DNA of 63,703 nucleotides, counting the filler, from Candidatus Nezhaarchaeota archaeon WYZ-LMO8 (GTDB lineage: Archaea > Thermoproteota > Methanomethylicia > Nezhaarchaeales > WYZ-LMO8): assembly GCA_004347965.1 (NCBI GenBank). It is 3 parts of 3 records of this genome, joined end to end, with 100 filler letters (N's around TTAATTAATTAA, not from the genome) between each part and the next. Parts side by side here need not be neighbours in the genome. Positions count along the whole stretch, not along the records: positions 57,132 to 63,703 come from QNVF01000051.1; 2 more parts are not named here. One strand, given 5' to 3'. This document shows positions 58,586 through 63,703 of the stretch, piece by piece. Every line of letters starts with the position of its first letter. The stretch's first letter is position 1. The notes under the pieces were generated by a model, which did no database searches, had not been told where the DNA came from, and saw nothing but the letters and a program-made list of their open reading frames with translations. The position numbers and the translations under genes were made by a program.

Positions 58586-58646
58586 TTCAATTTCTCGATG
58601 GGACCTTAATGGGTTAAATAGAGAAGGTTATACAGATAGCGATTGC

Positions 58647-59432
58647 CTAGTACTTTAACGATATTATAGCTGCACCTAGTGCACCAACGATTATAGGTTC
58701 TTTAGGGACCCAGAGTTCACATCCTAACTTGCTCTCTAGAGCTTTTACAAACCCTACGTTCTTCGCAACTCCTCCACTAATAACAACATCCTTCGTTAAC
58801 CCCACGATCTTCGCTAGACCAGCTACTCTCGATGCAAAGGCATCTATTAAGCCAGCTATTATCTCCTCTCTAGGCGTTCCCTGAGAAATTAAAGACACTA
58901 CTTCCGTTTGAGCGAAGACAGCGCAAGTATTAGTTATGCTTGCCTTCTTCTCGGTTTTAAGATATATCTCTCCAAGCTTATCTATGCTTACATCCAGCAC
59001 CATCGACATGAGCTCTAAGAACCTTCCAGTACCTGCTGCGCACTTATCATTCATTTCGAAGCTAATCACGCGCCCCTCATCATCGAGTTTGATGGCTTTC
59101 GAATCCTGTCCTCCCACGTCGATCACACCTCTACATTTTGGATACAGGTACCTGGCCCCCCTAGCGTGGCATGTGATCTCTGAAACAAACTTGCCTCCCA
59201 GCTCTAATTGCACTATTCTGCCACCATAGCCTGTGCCAACTATCCCCTTTACCTCTTCCTTCGAAATCCCACCTTTCTTTAACGTTTTCTCAAAAACCTC
59301 CAGAACACCCTTCCTCATGTCATGTCTCGTTGGAACTACATCGTATGCTATCAAGTCGATGCTATCATCTTTTGCTGCTAACATAACAGCTTTCGTATAT
59401 GCTGAGCCAACGTCAATGCCTATGCTGTACAC
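58647..59432 (-). CDS. CoA-substrate-specific enzyme activase (HgdC/BcrAD-type ASKHA ATPase)
   Basis: GIDVGS..TK, GTGYG, EITCHA, DVGGQDSK, MNDKCAAGTGRF and CAVFA motifs. Confidence 0.94.
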   Translation of the reverse strand: MYSIGIDVGSAYTKAVMLAAKDDSIDLIAYDVVPTRHDMRKGVLEVFEKTLKKGGISKEEVKGIVGTGYGGRIVQLELGGKFVSEITCHARGARYLYPKCRGVIDVGGQDSKAIKLDDEGRVISFEMNDKCAAGTGRFLELMSMVLDVSIDKLGEIYLKTEKKASITNTCAVFAQTEVVSLISQGTPREEIIAGLIDAFASRVAGLAKIVGLTKDVVISGGVAKNVGFVKALESKLGCELWVPKEPIIVGALGAAIISLKY

Positions 59433-59450
59433 TTAGAACACCCAAGCTCA

Positions 59451-60722
59451 TCATAGTAGCGACTCAATAAAAGCATTCATCTTTAATATAGCTCTCTCTA
59501 GAGGCATAATTCTTGGATCGCATTGAGGAGCTTCAACTATGATGCTTGGTATCCCAAGCTCTTGCCATAGCACCTCCTTAAGTGCTCGCAAACCGAATGA
59601 TATGGGTCTACAGCCTATGTTTTCAAACATTATTGCGCCATCAACATCAGCCAGCTTTGCCCGCCTTACTACGGACTCTATCCATGCATCTATGTCACAA
59701 TTAATGGGGAGCATGCTGCGCCTCAAAAGGCTTTCAAGGGGTTTTGAAGCCTCTATCAAGTAGAACGTACTTTCTACGTAGAGGTTTAGGGGGAAGGTAA
59801 CCCCCCTCTCTTCGTAGTACTTGTATAATTCACTATACCACGGAATGATGCCTTGAGACATCAACCTTAACTTCTCCTCTTCAACCACTCCCTCCTTCTT
59901 CTTAACTCTCTCTTTGATGATCTCCAAGCTCTTCTCCGTAAAGTGTAAAGCATAGTCAGCAGCTGTAATGAAAAACCCTATAGCTGGAAAGTCCCTGTAA
60001 TCCATTTGGCTCATTGGAGTTGGCTTTGAGAGCATTAGGTTTGCTATTTCAATTAAATTCCTCGATGTCTTCTCCGATACTTCGAAGACCCTCTTCATGT
60101 GTTCTTCATCCAGCTTCTCTCCAGTAATCTCTTCAAGGAAGTGCATGAGATCCCACAGCTGAGCAATAACAAATTCAAGCTCTTCCTCGCTAATTCTCTC
60201 GGGCATCTTGGTTAAGAAATCCACTTTTCCAACCATCTCCTTCGTCCAGTAGGGTGCATCTATGATGAACCTCTTTACCTCAGTATAGAGATTTGCGAAT
60301 ATTTCAGACATGGCGTGGTGGCCATAGCAACACATTCGTGAATCTAACACGAAGTCTGGCTTTAACCCACAGTGCCCACCGAGTGGAGCAGCCTCACTAT
60401 TTAGAATTGAACCAACGGAGCACTTCAAGTAGTCACAGGTAAACTCTCCATATTGATATTCAATAGCAGCATCGATGAGCTTATCGCTTTTCTTCCTAGC
60501 AGCACAAAAAGCTGTATACTGCTCTGGAAATATGTTTGCGACATCGAAGACATATGCGAGCTCTACAGGAGAACCAGCCCAGAACCATCCTACAGGTTTT
60601 CCTTTCTCTCTAAGCTGTAACAGTCTAAATATGTGGCTTTGAAATGTTTCTCGAAAGAGTTTCTGTACTTCTTCTAGGGGCCTCCAACTTTGAACTTTCA
60701 GCTCTTTAGACATGTTTTCCAC
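59451..60722 (-). CDS. 2-hydroxyacyl-CoA dehydratase / benzoyl-CoA reductase family subunit
   Basis: FPEQY, CDY.K, CC and DGAI....GCR motifs; cluster context. Confidence 0.85.
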   Translation of the reverse strand: MENMSKELKVQSWRPLEEVQKLFRETFQSHIFRLLQLREKGKPVGWFWAGSPVELAYVFDVANIFPEQYTAFCAARKKSDKLIDAAIEYQYGEFTCDYLKCSVGSILNSEAAPLGGHCGLKPDFVLDSRMCCYGHHAMSEIFANLYTEVKRFIIDAPYWTKEMVGKVDFLTKMPERISEEELEFVIAQLWDLMHFLEEITGEKLDEEHMKRVFEVSEKTSRNLIEIANLMLSKPTPMSQMDYRDFPAIGFFITAADYALHFTEKSLEIIKERVKKKEGVVEEEKLRLMSQGIIPWYSELYKYYEERGVTFPLNLYVESTFYLIEASKPLESLLRRSMLPINCDIDAWIESVVRRAKLADVDGAIMFENIGCRPISFGLRALKEVLWQELGIPSIIVEAPQCDPRIMPLERAILKMNAFIESLL

Positions 60723-61860
60723 GCACCATCTCTATAAATGCTCTCACCCTAGTTACGTAATGCTCCCTTGAGATGGGGTAGTCAAGATCTAGTCTGAGAG
60801 AAGGAATATTTAACTTCCTTAAGTTGTCCCTTAGATGAGGGTATGCATGCCCAAGAACCTCACAACCTCTATCTATGAGGAATATCACTCCTTCAGCATT
60901 AAATTCCTCAATTAGAGAGCGCATGTACTCGATTCTCTCATCAACCCCCCTTGAAAGCTGCCTTGTTACTAATATGTTCGGTGCCCCCCTCAATAAGTAC
61001 TGCTCTGCTAATGCCTCGTAAGGGTCCTCCTTCTCATCTACCTCACTCCAGAAGTAGATCGTTCCAGTGTTTAGATCATCTGAGACAATTACCGCTCCGC
61101 AATCCTCTATTATCTGCAAGACCTCAGGATCTAGGACCTCAGTCCCGGATATATGAAGCCTAACTTTCTCCTCAATGCCACTCTCCTCTCGTCTCCTCAT
61201 CTTATTAACGCTGTCTAGTAAGTCTTTGATTAATTTAGAGTGCTCGTCTTTGGGGATGAGCATGCTTGAGGTGACGATATCTAATACTTCTGCACTCCTT
61301 AAAGGGAGATGACCCTTCCCCCTCATCTCATAAATCATCTTGAGCAAGCGCCTATTTTCGTTGTAAACCCTTATAGCACGCCTCAAGTCTTCATCAAATA
61401 TTGTTCTCCCAATGAAATCCTCCATCACCTTCTCGAATCTCATAATCTCCTTAATGAAGTACTCCTTACCCTTCTCACTTTTAATAACTGGAACCTGTAG
61501 CAAGTACGTGAACTTGGGCTTCATGATGTGTCTTAGCAAGTAGAATAGAGCTATGCAAGTATCTTCGAGCTTTGATGCAACTACTCCATCAAGCCACTTG
61601 AATCTTTCATTTAACGCTTCTTCCAAGCAGCTTCTTGCATAGCTGCAGCACCAGGATGGCAAGTACATGTGCGCCTTCTCAATAAAGTATGAATTGCCAA
61701 AAAGTCTGAACGGCAGTACATCAGCTGCATAGACTATCTCTTCAGGTATGCTCCAAGAGACTAAGCCGAATACCTTCTTACCCTTCACATGCAACTCTTT
61801 AGCGAGGTTGATAGCGTTGCTCTTAGAAAACCATCTTTTAACATCAGTAAGAGAATCCAC
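60706..61860 (-). CDS. 2-hydroxyacyl-CoA dehydratase / benzoyl-CoA reductase family subunit (HgdB/BcrC-like)
   Basis: PEEIVYAA, CSYARS, IVSDDLNTG, GVIF....C and TRVRAFIEM motifs. Confidence 0.87.
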   Translation of the reverse strand: MDSLTDVKRWFSKSNAINLAKELHVKGKKVFGLVSWSIPEEIVYAADVLPFRLFGNSYFIEKAHMYLPSWCCSYARSCLEEALNERFKWLDGVVASKLEDTCIALFYLLRHIMKPKFTYLLQVPVIKSEKGKEYFIKEIMRFEKVMEDFIGRTIFDEDLRRAIRVYNENRRLLKMIYEMRGKGHLPLRSAEVLDIVTSSMLIPKDEHSKLIKDLLDSVNKMRRREESGIEEKVRLHISGTEVLDPEVLQIIEDCGAVIVSDDLNTGTIYFWSEVDEKEDPYEALAEQYLLRGAPNILVTRQLSRGVDERIEYMRSLIEEFNAEGVIFLIDRGCEVLGHAYPHLRDNLRKLNIPSLRLDLDYPISREHYVTRVRAFIEMVRGKHV

Positions 61861-62161
61861 TCTTTCACATCTCCCTCAGAAGTGCTCCTTAACTCTTGAA
61901 TGTAGATGAAGTTATATAATTTTTCGAAGTAATCGACCTAAAGTTAACGGAGTACTTTTCTCAGAATTCTCTCTCCTTGCATCTAGCTCTCATAGACACG
62001 TTGCTTAACAAAAAAGGGGGAGTCATAAGCTGATAGTTGGCTCTTCATTATATTTAGGTATTAGAGGAATTTGATGGTTGCGTAAAGGCCATAAATTATA
62101 AAAATGAATGAAGTGGAGTTGAGTATCTTTAAAGAGAAACTTGAGCGCTATGTGCAAGTCA

Positions 62162-63604
62162 TTATCCTTCCTTTCTTATCCTTTCGTGAGGTATAGTCTC
62201 CAGCTCTTTTATCATATCGATGAACATTCTGGTCAGTACTTCGAGCTGATCTTTAGCAACCTTATCAGGCGTGTCAGTGGCGTCAAAGAGGTATATAGGA
62301 CCACTTATTAAGCTGTATATAGGAATTCCATTTCTCCAAAAAAGATGAGCATCTGTTGGAACGTTTATTGGAGTTGTTGTAGGTAGTACAAGTGTACGCT
62401 CAACATTGTTCTTAATTATAGCCTTCTTAGCTACATCTATTAACACAGGGTTGTCGGTTGTGAAGAGCCCTCTTGGCTCTACATTATCCGTCATTACTGC
62501 AACTCCATCCTTAACTAGGCACTCTTTAGCTACATGCTCTATGGCTATGTCTAACAAAGTTCTTGTGATGAAGTCGCTCTTATGAGCTTCTATGAAAGCT
62601 TTTTGCCCTATGCTCTCAGCTCCTCCATAGAAGTGTCCGGCAGTAAAGAGGAACAGAAGTGTCCTTTTAACTTCACTACATTTCGCGAAATACTTAGCTA
62701 AGGCTAAGACAATAGAGCATCCTGAAGCATCTTCAACAGCACTTTGAAATGGACCATCATGGTGAGAATGGACGATTACGATTTCATCCGTTTTTCCAGG
62801 CAGTACTCCATAGACGTTATGAGTTACCGCAGGCCTGATCTCAGCTTCAAGAGTCATCTTAGCTCTAACCTTGCCTTTGCTTAACATGCTTTTCAATAAG
62901 TCTCCTGTCTCCCTGCTAACCCAGAGTCCGGGCATGGGTCTAAGGATGCCGTCGTACGGAGCATAGTACGTAAGTTCCTCTCCCAACTTTGGATAGTCCT
63001 CAAGCACACCAATGAACCCTAATGCTCCGTGCTCACGTGCTATTTCATATGCATCATAACCTTCTCTTATGAGACCCATGCCCATGCAGTTAAGCCGAAT
63101 CCAAGTTGCTGGATGTACCCAGTCGGATGTGATGGTCTCTCTGGGGTCATATACGAAGTACGCGAGTGGTGCGAGAAGAGAGACTTGAAGTGGAAGAAAC
63201 CTAACGCTAACCATAACTATCTTTCCACTCACATCGATTTTCTCGAAGTCTTCAGGTAGCCCCTCACCGACGTAAACAAGCTCACCTTCCAGCTCGCTTG
63301 TAGGAGCAGTGTATGGAACATAGAAGCAAGGTACATTCTTGGCTCCTTCTCCTTCTAACAAGACTTCTAGGCTCCAACGCTTAGCCAACCAGAGGGTTAC
63401 GTCTATCGGCTCCATCTGCACATCCTTAAACCCAAACTCAAGTAATTTATCACGAAGGTAAACCTCAGCTTTGTGATCCCCCTCACTACCTGGGATCCTA
63501 GGCCCTAAGGAGTAAAGATCTAGAATCCATTGAAAAATTTCGTCATTAGAAGGAACAAGATTACCTCTCAAAAATACCTCCTCAAAACATTTGTTTAAAG
63601 ACAA
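62162..63604 (-). CDS. M28-family aminopeptidase with PA domain
   Basis: GPRIPGS, LVYVGEG..DF...DV.GKIV, SHHDG, AVEDASG and PTDA motifs. Confidence 0.88.
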   Translation of the reverse strand: MSLNKCFEEVFLRGNLVPSNDEIFQWILDLYSLGPRIPGSEGDHKAEVYLRDKLLEFGFKDVQMEPIDVTLWLAKRWSLEVLLEGEGAKNVPCFYVPYTAPTSELEGELVYVGEGLPEDFEKIDVSGKIVMVSVRFLPLQVSLLAPLAYFVYDPRETITSDWVHPATWIRLNCMGMGLIREGYDAYEIAREHGALGFIGVLEDYPKLGEELTYYAPYDGILRPMPGLWVSRETGDLLKSMLSKGKVRAKMTLEAEIRPAVTHNVYGVLPGKTDEIVIVHSHHDGPFQSAVEDASGCSIVLALAKYFAKCSEVKRTLLFLFTAGHFYGGAESIGQKAFIEAHKSDFITRTLLDIAIEHVAKECLVKDGVAVMTDNVEPRGLFTTDNPVLIDVAKKAIIKNNVERTLVLPTTTPINVPTDAHLFWRNGIPIYSLISGPIYLFDATDTPDKVAKDQLEVLTRMFIDMIKELETIPHERIRKEG

Positions 63605-63703
63605 ATTAATAAAAACTCTCTTCCTACAAAACGATTTACGACATTCTGTCCCTAACTAAGAAGAATTAGTAGCGATCCATCACTTAATGGGGACTTATAT
63701 AAG

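Noticed and set aside
1..63703. CRISPR arrays, rRNA genes, intact transposases or integrases
   Set aside because: None seen: no regularly spaced repeats and no matching ORFs.

Overview
Archaeal genomic DNA, probably from a thermophilic anaerobe in Thermoproteota (TACK); a Nezhaarchaeales-like lineage is my inference from gene content. The window is three contigs joined by N-padded TTAATTAATTAA linkers at about 29.0-29.1 kb and 57.0-57.1 kb. Contig 1 starts with a compact H4MPT/methanofuran C1 cluster (mch, mer, fwdC, fwdA, fused fwdD-fwdB, mtd, ftr, two glutamate ligases), followed by thrS, nnr, a primase-like AEP, htpX, a KaiC-like ATPase, a tRNA thiolase, SRP RNA, ribK, nfi, sepS and tRNA-Lys. 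Contig 2 carries a sulfur/tRNA cluster (trxB, thiI, pscS, cysteine desulfurase), purSLQ, three intron-containing tRNAs, hypC, hypD, tmcA plus an ASCH gene, and cdc6. Contig 3 holds a 2-hydroxyacyl-CoA dehydratase/activator cluster with M28 peptidases. The main discovery is that hypD is not a broken gene. It is interrupted in its invariant CGTH motif by a 22-nt tRNA-type bulge-helix-bulge (BHB) intron at 45239-45260, and canonical splicing restores a 374-aa protein, so this is a candidate archaeal mRNA intron outside cbf5. Other leads are a promoter-bearing structured RNA or mini-element with K-turn boxes next to hypD, a tmcA-ASCH pair (ac4C writer with a possible eraser), several probable non-canonical start codons, and a shared palindromic operator.
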